Assembly (NCBI GenBank): GCA_003427395.1
Contig: BFEA01000036.1
Span: 4,813,583 to 4,877,582 of the forward strand
DNA length: 64,000 bases
Source of the DNA: Chara braunii
Taxonomy: Eukaryota; Plantae; Charophyceae
Direction of reading: 5' to 3'
Position 1 is the stretch's first letter. Every line of letters starts with the position of its first letter. Below the pieces are notes generated by a model that made no database searches, was not told the origin of the DNA, and saw only the letters and a list, made by a program, of their open reading frames with translations. Positions 1 to 13,141 of the stretch are shown in pieces. The translations under genes and the position numbers were made by a program.

Positions 1-2381
1 CGCATGGCCAGGAGGTGGTCATGCGCAATTGCCTCCACACCCGGTCCCACCGCCTCCACGTCCAAACCGACCCAGGGCACTGCAGAAAAATGTGTTCAAT
101 TGTCTCAGGTCTCTTCCTAGCAGGGTATGATGCCACACACAATTTGCACCAGGGGAGAGTCTTTCCCTTCTGTTCCAGGGATGTGCGGTCGATCAACCAG
201 TCGTTTGTGGGAAGGCAACGGTGTTATACTTGCCACTGAAGAGAGGCAATCTTGGCTGGTACTGATTTACCAAGTCTAAACCACTTGACTTGTTGGAGAG
301 CACTCTTTTCCAAATTGAGGTGTCTCATTCAACGCTCTGTCACCACAACCTTCAGGTTCACCCTTGGGCATAGCAGCCTGTAAGATCCCTTTACTGACAT
401 TGAGTGGATCTGCTGCTTACCAATTCTGCCCCTGCCCATCGGTGCGGTCAAGACCCAGGCGGCCAGGTCAAAAGCCAGTTGCAGAATCCACCTATCATGT
501 CTATATGCCCACCAGTGATCCCTTTCCTTTAACACTCTGATCCAGAAGACCTCCTCTTCTTTAAACCATCTCGTTTCCTCCAGGGAGGTCCTGACTAACC
601 TGTTGTTTCTTTTGATTTGGAACAAGTTCACCATCACCTATCTGTCTGGACGCCGAGACACTACCACATTTTCAACCCAATCCTTACACCCTTGAATCCC
701 CACCCAATCACTCTCCTCCAAGGTTCGTCATTTTCTTAGGATCCTTACCCAATCTAGAGGCGAAAAGATGATTTTCTCAAGTGCTTCCCCTGTATTGTGG
801 CAATATCGCAGCCTCTCCCTTAGCGCTGTTTCAGTTATCCTGTCTCTGGTTTCGGAATCCCAAATATCCCCCGCCCTAAAGACACCTCGAGCCACCCAAC
901 CCTTCCAAGGGGCCTCTGTGAAGTGGAAGGTTGTGCCATAGGAGTCGGTGATCCACCGGTTCCCGAACAGAGGTTGTCTGTACACCTCCTCCCACCTTTG
1001 TGGAACAACCTTGTCCGGGAGCGGCAGCTTACGCCAGGTGTTGAGCAATGTGGTCAAAAAAACATCGTTTTTTATATCCCTTCTTGCCGCTTGCCTATCG
1101 GATTCTTGGTCTTCATTACCTCTTGTTGTCCTTCTTGGTATAGTCCAGTTTCTGTCTTCTAACCACCCTATCGGGTCCATGCTCTCAAGGTTGGGTGGGC
1201 CCAGCCATCTAATCTGTTATAGGGTCAACTCCCTCCAGGGGGTGTGTACATCGAAAATCAGGCTCTTTACCCATTGCAGGGTTAGCGCCATTATTTGTGT
1301 GGCGGGATCCAAGATTCCCATACCCTCTTTTGCTTTTGGTTGTATGATCATACGCCAGGCGACCCTACTAATCACATTTTAACATTCATGATTCCCCTTC
1401 CAAAGGAAGGTTGCTACCAGTCTTTGGAGGGGACGCAGTGATGTCTTACTGAGTGGCCATATGGTTGTCTTATACCAAAGGGATGCTAATACCACATTAA
1501 TGATAACCAAGGCCCTGTCAATCAAAGATGTGTGTTGGTCCTTCCACTGCGTTAGTTTTTCCAATACCGGATGCATCAATCATTCATCATTTGCTGGCGC
1601 GCGGCCCTCGACAATCACTTGTACCCCTAAGACTCTAATAGGTAAGTTGGTTGGTACCCATCTCTTTTGGGGGGCCTCTAGTGGCCGGCACCCTTGGTAG
1701 TGGATCCACCACCCCTCTGTCATACTGCCCCAATTTACCTTCAGGTCCGACAGGGTGCATAAATGGTTCATCAGCAACTGATTTTTTTTCATGTTTTCAA
1801 GTGAGGCATCCAACATGAGAATAAGGTCATCCACGAACAAAGAGAAAATAGGGACTGCCTCTTCCGGGATAGAGGAGACGCATATTCGCTGAATTTTATT
1901 GTGTACTCTCAAGTTTGCTGCTAATGCCTCCATGATTATAACAAACAGGAATGGTCCCCCTTTGGCGTACCGAACATTCTAAGTCTGTAGGGGGGGTCAA
2001 CCTCTTATTTACTTGCACCCTTGTTGTGGCGCTACAATGGAGGATCTCCACCCACCTTTTGAAAAAATGACCAAAATTAAGTTTTTCCAGCTATTGTGCC
2101 AAGAAAGTCAGTCAACATGGTCATAAGTTTTTATGAAATCGATGAAGATTATGACCGCTTTATGCTTTGATTGGCGTGACAACTTTATTACCTCATTTAT
2201 AAAGATAATATTATCTTGTATTTTCCTACCCTTGAATGGCCTTGATAAAGTTTGTTTTTGATGAGTGAATACATTTTTCCATCACCTGAATCATCCGATT
2301 GGCAAAAGTTTTCACCGCCATTTTATATACCGCTGTTAATAAAGTGATAGGTCGGTAGTTTCAGATGTTAGTTTTTTCACC
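1..2381 (-). mobile_element. Degenerate non-LTR retrotransposon (L1/Tx1-like) ORF2: RT plus C-terminal zinc finger; 5' part cut off by a DNA transposon end
   Basis: Minus-strand fragments read GEKTNI*NYRPITLLTAVYKM (~2320-2381), FSLFVDDL (1580-1933 ORF), LIDRALVIINVVLASLWY, and CKLC...ETIEHIFLQC (75-150). Many stops and frameshifts. Confidence 0.9.
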
Positions 2382-2435
2382 AACAGCGATTTCATCTAAA
2401 CGGATATTTTATATTTTTTGAACGAAATTGGAATC
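2382..2435 (+). repeat. Terminal inverted repeat (AAC-type) of the Sola-like transposon
   Basis: aacagcgatttcatctaaacggatattttatattttttgaacgaaattggaa resembles the MITE terminus aactgccatttcgtcaaaatggacatcttttattttttgaacgaaattgaaa. It begins exactly where LINE homology stops. Confidence 0.65.
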
Positions 2436-3839
2436 GTCATTTTCATTGTGATTTTGGTGACCTTTGATGTTTTGTTAAGTCAATTTTTGGGAGGTACCCC
2501 GTTTTTGTTTGTATTTTGTGGTCCTGTTTACCGCAAATTTTACGTCAGTTTCTTATAAAATTTGGGGGGGGTTACAATTTCATTGTCATTATGTGAAGCT
2601 ATAAGGGTCTTTATGATCAGTTTTCTTACTTTTCAAACCTATCGATTAACGTTTATTATCTTTCACAATATAAAATCATAAAATGTTTTGGTTTTCCTCG
2701 GCCAGTACATGGAGATTAGAGAAACATACCGATAAACACCTATGACTGACAGTACATATGTGGGTTGTTTCATGATTGCATTGGTTGGTTTGCTATTCTT
2801 ATGCTTATTTACATGTATATAATACTTATTGAAGTGTTGTGTTGTCCTCGCAAATACCCTCCCCTTTGCCCCCATTACCCTCCTGCCCTCCCTCGAAAAC
2901 ATATCGAGCCCCCTGTTTTGTCCCGCCCCCCACCAATATATTTTTTTATTACCGAAGTGCAATGTTTGAAAATAAGAGGTGAACATTGAACATCTAAATT
3001 ATGTTCAAGCGACAATGTTGTTCGTGTTTTTTTTTTAACATTATGTACATAGAGAGGACACCTCGACGTTCTCCTTTGCTCTCTCTCTCTCAGCTCTTTC
3101 TATGAACGTCCACAAAAGTTGAAGACATATGATACATGGTCTACACTAAAAACAAAAAAACGAAATCGTTTGTTGAAAAATGATGGTGAACATATAGCTA
3201 CCTGAAGGAAATCCGCCTTGTCAACAAGGGAAGAAAATTAAATCGTCAATTAAAAAAATGAAAACGTCTACTCCAACTTCAATGCACGAAAAACTATCTC
3301 ACGCGTGAAAATCATACTACCTTGTAAGCAAACGACTCATTAGCAATCTTCTGTCAACATATGCAGTATGCAGGATGAAGTCTGGAATAAAACACACCGT
3401 TTACATAAGTCCAGAGAATCATTGTCATTCAGCGCATGCATATGCGGGTCATTAGAGAGTGATTAGTGTGGTTGCGGAACGACAGTCAATGTGGAGACCG
3501 ACCCAAGACGGACTGAAAGTTGTTCCGTTTGCCACTTTCGCGCCGTCGAATATGATCGATAATATTGAACTTTGTTATTGTGTTAGTTTTTTTCAGTTTC
3601 TGTTTCTTTCTGTCTTCGTTGTGGCATGTGATTAAAGTCGTCGCCAACATGAATGACAATCATCGACCTTTCGTAGATGAAGCGCAACATTATGTATTTG
3701 ATTTCGTTGCATAGAGGTTTGACATACTTCAACGTCGCCCTTTGCATGTTGGTGGTTGGCTTCATCGACGACACCTTCGTTCGTTCAATCCGTGTCTTGT
3801 ACCGTGTCAGACCACCGTTTGAACAAAATGCCACGCACG

Positions 3840-6800
3840 TCACTGATCCATTACGCCCATTTTCCCCCCGCATGTGAACAAACCCAACCTGTAAAATGCT
3901 TTGGTCCATATGCCACTGCCTTGCCTTTTGTTGTCTGCATCAGGCTCAATCGTCTTCGCGAGGTTGTAAACTTGCGGACACTCCTCGTCGTACCACAACT
4001 TAATCGAAGGCTCCAATGCCCACCAGTCAACTGCCTCCACGCCGACAACCCTTATTGCGTTCTTGTTTTCCATGATAGGAGGTCCTCCCATTTTATCGGC
4101 GTCTCCCATTTCTCATTACGCTTCCACTCGGACGATACATACAACATTTTAAACACAACGAAAAAATGAAAAAAATGCAATCCAATTGAACAATTAGCGA
4201 TGTGCTCTATATTGTTCGTATTGATCAGGTGATCCTCACTAAGACTCTTTCCCTCATCACGTCTACACAGATGTGTCTGAAGCAGATCTTATATTTTGCG
4301 TTGATGCAGGCATCTTGTTAGGGAAAGTCAACGACAACTGTGCATTGAGAGTCTCTCGCTTAGGGATCCGCATACCTGTCTCAGAGCGTTTATTGTTGGC
4401 CCACGTCTACACAACGACATCGAGGTCTTGCCCGTCGTCGCCAGATTCAGTTTCGACCTTCCATGTCTTTGCCCATGCGTCTGCATACAGCTTCGTTAAG
4501 TCACAATCCCTTCCGCAAGGTGTCCAATACTTGACGCGAATGCGATTATCATCTCGCTCCATAACGCGTCCAATTCAGAATGTGCAGCCCTTTGCAACAT
4601 AGTCCTCGGGTGCATGGAACACGACGAAGTTGTTGATGTCGACAGACTCATGTAGCTTCAACTCCGGTTTTGAAGCGTCTCTCTTGTAACCGACGAAGCG
4701 AGGTTTCCTCGGCGGTAAGCCGAGAACATGCGGCGTAACTGACATAAGGTCTTCTTTATCAGGTATGCGTGCTGACCAGAAGGCAACTTAAAGGGGCTTC
4801 GTACCGCTCTCCTCTTGTGATATGTTGTCAAACTTCTTGAGATGGTCGGTCCAGTAGCCCAAGCGTCTATATTTTGTCGCCCTTGTATGTTCGTCTTGTG
4901 TCTCCCATTGGATTTGTGAATTTTCTCACGATTTATGAAGAACACTCATCCCCGGTCCCCTGCTAGTATTCCGTTAACGAAATCGCCTGCCTGCGGGTTA
5001 GGCGACTCGCGGCAAGGCTGAAAACCCCATTGAGGCCCTGCCACCCGTTGTGAGCGTCCCTTTTAAACCAATACACAGGGCTAGTGTCTGACTCCCACTT
5101 TTTCTTGGTGCAAAACTTTGTATATATGATGGCGGGGTTGTCCCCATCCATGTAAAATCGAAAGAGGTGCGGCGCGACATGACCCTTGATTTTGTGATCG
5201 ATGTACGGGTCTATGGCGGTTTTTCAGTCAGCAATTTCAGTGAGCAACGAGCGGTCGACTTCCTCTTCGTAGGACGCTTTGAGGACATCGAAGAGCTCGT
5301 CCATGGTATAGGCATCGCAACCGCTCAATTTTTTAGCAAATAAGTTGAACTTTGCGTCTATGTCCGTGTGTGTGTGACCCACTATCATGAACCCTATTTC
5401 GACGACCTCGAATATACAAAATTTGACAAGCATGGTCATGAAGGTGAACACATACTTGTTTTTGTTTTGTCCCCCACATTAGTAAGCCTGTACCCGTAAT
5501 TTCGGTGAGAGCGCCCCTTCTCGTGCTTGGACATCTCTCAACACTTTGGCGATGGAGGTGACAACCGAGTTTGAGCCGTGCGACAAGTACGGAAACCATG
5601 TGTGGACAAAGAACGATGGTGTCCTACCGTGCGCGATTATCCCAGTGAGATTAGTTTTCATCATTATGTTATTCGACATTTATTTTAACAAGCGTCTTCT
5701 TGATGCATGGGGAATCGTTGTTTGTGCTTGCTAGTGATTCATATCATCGATGATGATACACAGGTCGTCTTGCTTTTGGTGTTCCGACTCGGCGGACCAC
5801 ACGCTATACAGTTTTCGGTATGCAGACTGTAATACAATGTGACTTTTCTCTTTTGCGACAAGTGTCTGTCTCGGCTCAGGCAGAGCCCCTTCTATGAGGA
5901 TGCTATTCTTAATGCACTCGTTGCATCCGCGTGGTTGGTCACCCTTGCCAGGCGAACGTGCCAGAAAAAGTCCCTAAACATCTTGTCGAAGACCTGGTAC
6001 GACGAGCAGCAGACACCAAGCTTAGAGAGTCGTCTACGAATAATGTGGAAGACGTCTTTCTTTGTGGCATACACCGACATAAGCTGAATGCGATTTCCGA
6101 TCTCGAAGTTCAGGCCTGTCTCAGTTTAATCTGGCATGGGATTAGACTCGTCAAAGATTATGTCCTCGAACACCGACCAGGTAATGGCGTAGGTGGTCGT
6201 TGTCCGCGGACGACCGTCATGACCGTGAAGAACGTCGACTGTTCCGCTTCGAGGTCTTCGCTGTATCTTTTGAATGTGTTCCTGTCGACGCTTAGTATGA
6301 GACACCAAGTAGTGACGCACACAGGGTGCAACTGCACTATCGGTTTAACTGTCGGCTTACGGTCAACTAACGAAATGAAGTTATCGAGTTTCGCTATTCA
6401 CCACTTCCGTCTATCCAGTCCTCTGAGAACGCAGTAGTCACATCTTCATTTCATCACGTCCTTTACTTTCAGTTTAAAAAGGCATTGAAACGTCTTGCAA
6501 CATGTTTTATGGAGGACGGCCTCACACTCGTCCACGCTACATGTACGTTCGAAAGTCGAGGTGGATGTAGAAGTACGTCTTTTCCCGAGTCTGTACGTGT
6601 ATTTTCTCTTTCCTTGTGCACCACACAACATAGATAAGACAGATATAGCAGTGTCCTCTCCAACAGGCAAGTCGATGTCCGACGAACGAGCAACATGACC
6701 TCCCCCCTCCCCCCTTTCATTGCCTTCGCCTGATGACGATGATAGCATGTCCATGGGAACATACCGGTCGTCATCGTCAGTTGCCGATGGCGAAATCACC

Positions 6801-7117
6801 TGAATGGAAGGATCAAGAAACCCTCGTGCTAGGCCTGTGCAGGCAGTAGAAGGCAAGCAGTCAACGTCCTTGATGATGTCGTCAAGGTGAAGATGCCGCA
6901 CGACGTTGAGATTGGAAGATGGCGTGGATCGAAGACGTGTGCGGCGTGTGAATATACCATCACCATGGTGTGCAGGGTGCCCATGTTGTAATGGTGTGAT
7001 GATAATATAAGGAGACCGATTCTCATAGGAGTTCTCAATAGCATTGGGCATGGGCGTGCGAAGAGACTGCGCAGATGGCAGAGAACTGTAGTAACAACTG
7101 TCCACCCCGCTTCTCAT
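3840..7117 (-). pseudogene. Sola-like DDD transposase pseudogene
   Basis: Broken frames give CIIIDDMNH (first D), LRVQAY*CGGQNKNKYVF (degenerate QxDNxxxQNKN) and GFMIVGHTHTDIDAKF (GHTHxDxD). N-terminal CC-x4-C motif (TCCKTFQC). Multiple stops. Confidence 0.75.
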
Positions 7118-7699
7118 TGAGTCGTAAACGCAGATGGAAATGACATGTGGGAGGACATAACATAACAGAAGAATCCAAAACAGAAAGACACATGAGAAGG
7201 GACGCCGAACCCCCCACCACCCACCTCTAGAACACTAGACCCCCTTGTTCGACGTAGGGGGTCCGGAACGCCAGACCCCCGCACTGAACAGGAAGTCCGG
7301 CGGATCCGGAATGCCGGACCCCTTCGTTGACGAAGGGGGTCCGACGTTCCGGATCCGTCGGACCCCCTGTTCGGTACGGGGGTCCGCCGAATGGTCCGAA
7401 ACGTCGGACAACCTAGCTCGACAAACAAGGGGGAGGGGGGGGTTCGGCGGATCCGGTAAGGGGGTCCGGCGGTTCCGGAACGACGGACCCCGTGTTCGGC
7501 AAGGGGGCGAGGCAATCGTCCTGAGCTCGCTCCATCCTCTGCCGTCGTCACAAAATTGCCCCCCTCAGACGTTCGGTAACGGGGGGTCCATCGGTTCCGA
7601 AAAAAACGGAATTCTTCACGCGCCTTCCTCTTGGAGTCGACGACCGGACGATGGGAGCCAGCGTTTCACCCCTCGGATCGCTTAGGGGGGAGGGAGGGA

Positions 7700-7889
<190 letters not shown>

Positions 7890-8039
7890 CTGGTTCCATT
7901 TGTGTAACTGCGCAAGCACTGGATACTTGACGACCAACCATCTTTTCGAAAAATCATGGCCTGCACGGCATTAAAATTAAATAACAAAATAAAAAAAAAG
8001 GAACGAGAAAAGGGGGGAGAGTAATGGATGTTTCCCTTT

Positions 8040-9163
8040 CCTCATCCCTACCCACAACTATCAGACCCGATTTTTTTTTCGGAACAAAAAAAAACAAAAA
8101 GGTGGAGGGGGGGGGGCGATCGTCGATTCCTAATCCCACCCACGTTGCAATTCTAGCATGGCAAACAATCAAACATGACAACCGATCCTTTTTTTCCGGG
8201 GAAAAAAATACGCTGGGAAGGGGGGGGAGATCGGCGATTCTCACCTCCACCAGCATTGCGATTCTAGCATGGTAACTAACCCAACATGAAAAAACTGCCA
8301 TTTCGTCAAAATGGACATCTTTTATTTTTTGAACGAAATTGAAACCGAGTTTTTTGGCCCAAAACTCGACAAAATATGTCGTTCCTGAGGATCCGGCGTT
8401 TGTAAAACGCTGGACTCCCTAGCTGTACATGGACCTAGCTTGACACCAGGGACCTCTAGGCAGTCCTGCCTGGAGGTGCCTGGTCTCAAGCTAGGTCCAT
8501 GTACAGCCAGGGGGTCCAGCGTTTGTAAAACGCTGGTCCCCCTCGGGAACAGTAAATTTGGACGAGTTTTCGGCCAAAAAACTCGGTTTCAATTTCGTTC
8601 AAAAAAAAAAAAAAAGTCCATTTTGATGAAATGGTCGTTACAAACGATCCTTGTTTTGGGAAAAAAACAAAAAAAAATAGTGGGGGCGGGGGGGAGTTAG
8701 CGTTTTCCACCCCCACCGGCATTGCGATTCTAGCATGGGAACCAATAAAACATAACAACCGATCATTTTTTCCGAAAAAAAAAATGGTTGGGGGGGGGGA
8801 ATCGGCAATTCCCACCTCCACCCGCATTGCGATTCTAGCATGGCAACCGATCAACCATGTCAACCGATCCTTTTTTCACGAAAAAAAAAGCAAAAACGTT
8901 GGTGGGGGGGGGGAGGGGGGATCGGCGATTCCCAACCCCACCTGCATTGCGAGTCTAGCATGACAACCAATCTAGCATGACAACCAATCAAACATGGCAA
9001 CCGATCAATTTTTCCCAAAAAAAAAAACAAAGAGATTGGGGAGGGAGATCGGCGATTTCCAACCCCAGCCGCATTGCGATTCTAGCATGGGAACCGATCC
9101 AGCATGACAACCGATCCTTGTTTTAGGAGAAAAAGAAAAAAACGATTGGGGGGGTTGGGAGAT

Positions 9164-9165
<2 letters not shown>
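8040..9165 (+). repeat. Tandem array of ~110-bp units (6 copies), interrupted by a MITE
   Basis: Core gatcggcgattcccacccccacccgcattgcgattctagcatggcaaccaatcaaacatgacaaccgatcc recurs near 8150, 8260, 8727, 8832, 8952 and 9079, with variable poly-A/poly-G linkers. Confidence 0.9.
8293..8639. mobile_element. MITE family A (AAC...GTT ends, long TIRs, 4-bp TSD)
   Basis: Palindromic element. Flanks aaaa/acaa; it splits one array unit at catgacaa-cgatcc. Confidence 0.85.
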
Positions 9166-9225
<60 letters not shown>

Positions 9226-9226
9226 N

Positions 9227-9290
<64 letters not shown>

Positions 9291-9418
9291 AAGAAAATTC
9301 GGAGACAGAGAATGCGAGAGAAGAACTGCACCATAACCACCATCACGCACACTCCAACTCGAAAATTTATCGATTCATACACATTTGAAAGCTCACGTAA
9401 ACACCACACATACACATC

Positions 9419-9466
9419 GCCCCTACGCGTTTCACCGCTGGCGTATGCAGCGGACTCATCAGGGGC
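9419..9466 (-). ncRNA. Minimal type I hammerhead ribozyme (3' copy of PLE1)
   Basis: Minus strand: GGCCC-CUGAUGA-GUCCGCUG-cauacgc-CAGCGGU-GAAA-CGCG-UA/GGGGC. Core intact; one stem I mismatch. Confidence 0.8.
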
Positions 9467-10320
9467 CTTCTTCCTTCCCACTGAATCGAGATACTGTGCT
9501 CCTCCTCCACCAGTCCTTATAGTCTCAGTGCGCGTCCTAAACCCGCCACCTAATCCCCCACTTCTCCTAAAATTCAGTCCTACCGTCTACTATCCCCACC
9601 TAATCCTCTATTCAAGTCCTCCTTACTTCATGCACCACCTATCCCACCTACTCCCTCTTCCCCTAATACACATGTGTGCTTTTCACCTGTTCATCTAACC
9701 GGCCAACCTCCCGCCTTCCTTACCTTTCTTTCCTTTTTTTCTTCTTTTCCACTATCACTCCTTCTTCCTCTTCGTCTCCCACATGCTCTCCTTGCCCATC
9801 TCCTCCTCCTTCTCTCTCGTTGTCGTCCTCTCGTTCTTTTTCTCCCTTCCCCATTCCCTCGTCTCATTCTCCTCCCCATCTTACCTGACAACATCGCGCT
9901 GGTCCGATTCTTCCCCCTACAACTTTTCTCCACTTTCCAACAATAGGATCCCCTCCTTCCGGGCTTTGCACGCTCCCTCATTGCGTCGGCCAAACCCTCT
10001 ATGCCTCTCAGCCTTCGCGATCTTGCATGTCCTCCTCCCACCATCTTCGTCATCCCAAAATTAACCCGGCTACCGCGCGAGCGCGACCCCTCACCTCGAG
10101 TTCCCGAAGACCCAAACCGAAGCGGACACAGCCGATGCTGCATATCTCCAGACGTATCCCAAAAAACCTCACCCGGGTACTCACCTGGATCTTTATCAAA
10201 AATTCAAAATTGGTTCCGAAAACTAAAATTAAAATAAAGGGTAAAAAAAGGTAAAAAAACTTTCCCACCACACTAAACAAATTAAAAAACTGGAATACAT
10301 TGGATCTGCATCCCATGTTT

Positions 10321-13141
10321 TCATACTTCCCTTCGACCCAGAAATTCCCTGAGTCGGGGGTACTCAGCAAAGAGATAAACCCTCCACTGACCACCCGGCA
10401 TCCCGGCGAACCTCGCCAAGGCCCCGAGAGAGACCTCCGGGGGGTACCCCCGGAGGCGTATTTCCATCATTAAAGCCGCGATTGCAGCTTTCAAAGCCTC
10501 GTCCGATGTCGACATCCGATGTAACCGAATTAACGCAGCAAATATGGTGGCTTTCTTTGATGCTTTCCTTGTGAAGGAGGCGAAATCCTGTAACGATTGT
10601 ATATTCAGTTTCCCTTCCTCGCGCAGGCACTGTTGGTTTCCGGTCATGGGGTGTATCTCAATGCTAATAGGTGCCATCATGACGAAGACACGTGCCCCTA
10701 TGAAATCAAAGACATTCCCATTACCATCTTTCCGAACCAACATCATCATAGCATCCTTCAAACTCATCGAGTATCGTTGCAGCTTCCCCGGCCATACCCG
10801 GCCGGTTGGTTTTGAATCCAACCAGAACTGCTACGTCATCGATCATCCTCACCCCCCTCACTACCATCCCGTACCTGATCACACGTCTCATAAAAATCGC
10901 TTCCGATCTGGCACATACCAAACATGCTAACGACGGGCTGGAACTCCTCCCCATGGGAATCCCGAAGACCTGTCTCCGCATTGTTCCTGCACAACGGACA
11001 AAGGATTGCGATAATTCGAATTTTACTTCCTTCATAATGTCATCAAATGACAAGCTTACAAACCCATCAACCTTCCTCAGGTTCTTCGTCATTGCACACA
11101 TTTTTTCTCTCTGACTCACCCTCACCCCCCTCATCCCTTTCCTCTCATGATATTCTACCAACCAATTCACCGCCTCCATAACCTTTTGATGCGACGACTT
11201 AGCAAACATGTCCTTGATGTCGTAACTTCTCGCAAGCACTCCATCCCCACCCTTCCTCATCTCCCTCTGAAACGTTTCGCATCTCCCCTTCAGCTCGTCC
11301 GTTGATCTCAGGTCGAAGTGCTCGGATCTTCGAACAGTAAACAACATGTACCTAATTGCCCTCCCTACCCGTGCTCCTGCCAATCTAGCAGGGTCAGAAA
11401 CACATGGGGAAATCGACGCCATCGGCCCAGGTCTTTGTTCTTGGGAAGGACATAGGCCCGACCGATCTTCCCTCCTGTCTGCTACCGGGCTACTATCTTC
11501 AGCACCCGATCTTCTGTCTTGTCACAAATCTAAAAACTCTGATTCGAATTGAAGGTCTCCTTGAAAGCACGAAGGTAAAGGACCGGACAAACTAACAGCG
11601 TGGCACCAGGATTTCTGTCGATTGGAACCGCCACCAAATTCCTGTAATCTTGAAAACATAATCTAACTTCATTCACGCTCAGGTCTCCCCTCTTTCCATC
11701 GCATACCGCTCGGTAGCACCGATCGACTATCTCGCGAGGGCATTGGATCCTGCTTCCCCTTACCCACCCTCTGACTCCTTCTTCAATGCACCCCACCAAA
11801 GACTCCGGCGACACGCTGCACCCGTACGTCACGTTCTTCGAATTCTTCACAAAAGCTCGTAAGTCATCCATGTCACACAGCCTCACCTTTACGTGGCTGT
11901 CGGTTCTGGGCAGATCCAAGTGACCGCATGTACACACAACCTCCCTCTCATCTGCAACGTTCGAATGATTATGGATGATCATACCGACGTTCATTCTCTT
12001 CTCACCACTACCCTCACCCTTCCTGCTATGAAACGCGCAATATCTTGATCCACCACAACACTCTAAACGAACTCGGCCGCTACCTGTTTCACTGCATCCA
12101 GGTTTATGTTCGGAGAGAATGGTACCTTCACACATGGTTTCCTTCGAATCTCCTGTCCATATTTCCGCTTCACGATCCGTATCAGGACATTCTTCAGGTG
12201 ATACCTACTGCTCTTCTCTGAAAAGAGACCCGCGGTCGGGTACAGCGCAACTAACTCATGGGAGCTCTTGCTATACAACGTGCGTAACCTCCATGGCTAC
12301 ACCATGATATCCCTCAGAATATACTTCCGATGTTCGATACCGGATAGTAATACCTTCACCTTCACCACCTGAAATCTACCACCACCCTCCAAAACCTGCT
12401 TACATTCCTTCACGGGTCTCCTCACCTCCCCTACCATTATCACGCTCTCTCCCACTTTATCCCGCACCACTTTTCACTTATCACCCCATATCGTCCCTCC
12501 TGACACCTTTATATGGTGTACCCCACGTTTCCCTTTCATTTCCTTCAGTAGATCGACGAGTGAGACCCGATCATCGAACTTAATCATCGCTCCCCCACAC
12601 ACGTGTGACCCCCTCTTCCCCCTTTCCCTTTTCCCTCTCCTCCTCTTTGCCTTTCTCACTTCTCTTCCCATACCCTGCATATTCAGAGATGGTGAAAATC
12701 TACGGATCATCGCCCTCTCGAGAAAGCCCAGATCCTGAATCCCACTTACCAAAGGAATGACCAGATATTTCTCCCATCCAAAAATTTGAAGCCAAGCATG
12801 TAACTTCGGAGCATTTCCTATAACGCCGCTCGTCGCTAGCTTAACGTGATCGGACCACCTCTTGATTACGGTCTGCGTGGGCAACCGATGTAGAAATGTC
12901 GATACCATGGGCTTACTAATGCATACACCCCTGGATCTCGTGTAGAAAGCTCCCCTTCTTCACCACTAACCAGACCCACCCACTTCCTTCCCCACAGACA
13001 ATCTCCTCGGATAACACACAAGAGAAATATCCTAAATATCTGATCTTCCTGGACTGTATTCAATACCTCCCGGTGATCATTCACCCTCCCTCCCCGTGCT
13101 AACATAATCCTCTTCACCTCTTCCATACTGACCTCCTTCAC
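10321..13141 (-). pseudogene. PLE1 ORF2: N-terminal GIY-YIG endonuclease + Penelope-type reverse transcriptase (frameshifted)
   Basis: GVYALVSPWYRHFYIG...RWSDH...ERAMIRRFSPSLN (GIY-YIG); CTCGH...H linker; PIDRNPG, SYDIKDMF, QVFGIPMG, RMIDD, FDFIG (RT motifs). Confidence 0.92.

Noticed and set aside
8040-9165. CRISPR-like repeat/spacer array (also 16770-17365)
   Set aside because: The variable parts are homopolymer runs rather than unique spacers; the repeats are too long; there are no cas genes and the context is eukaryotic.
12474-12476. In-frame TGA as selenocysteine (as in some Naiad PLEs)
   Set aside because: It aligns with Trp in PLE2 (DK*KVV vs DNWKVV), so it is a TGG>TGA mutation. No SECIS was recognised.
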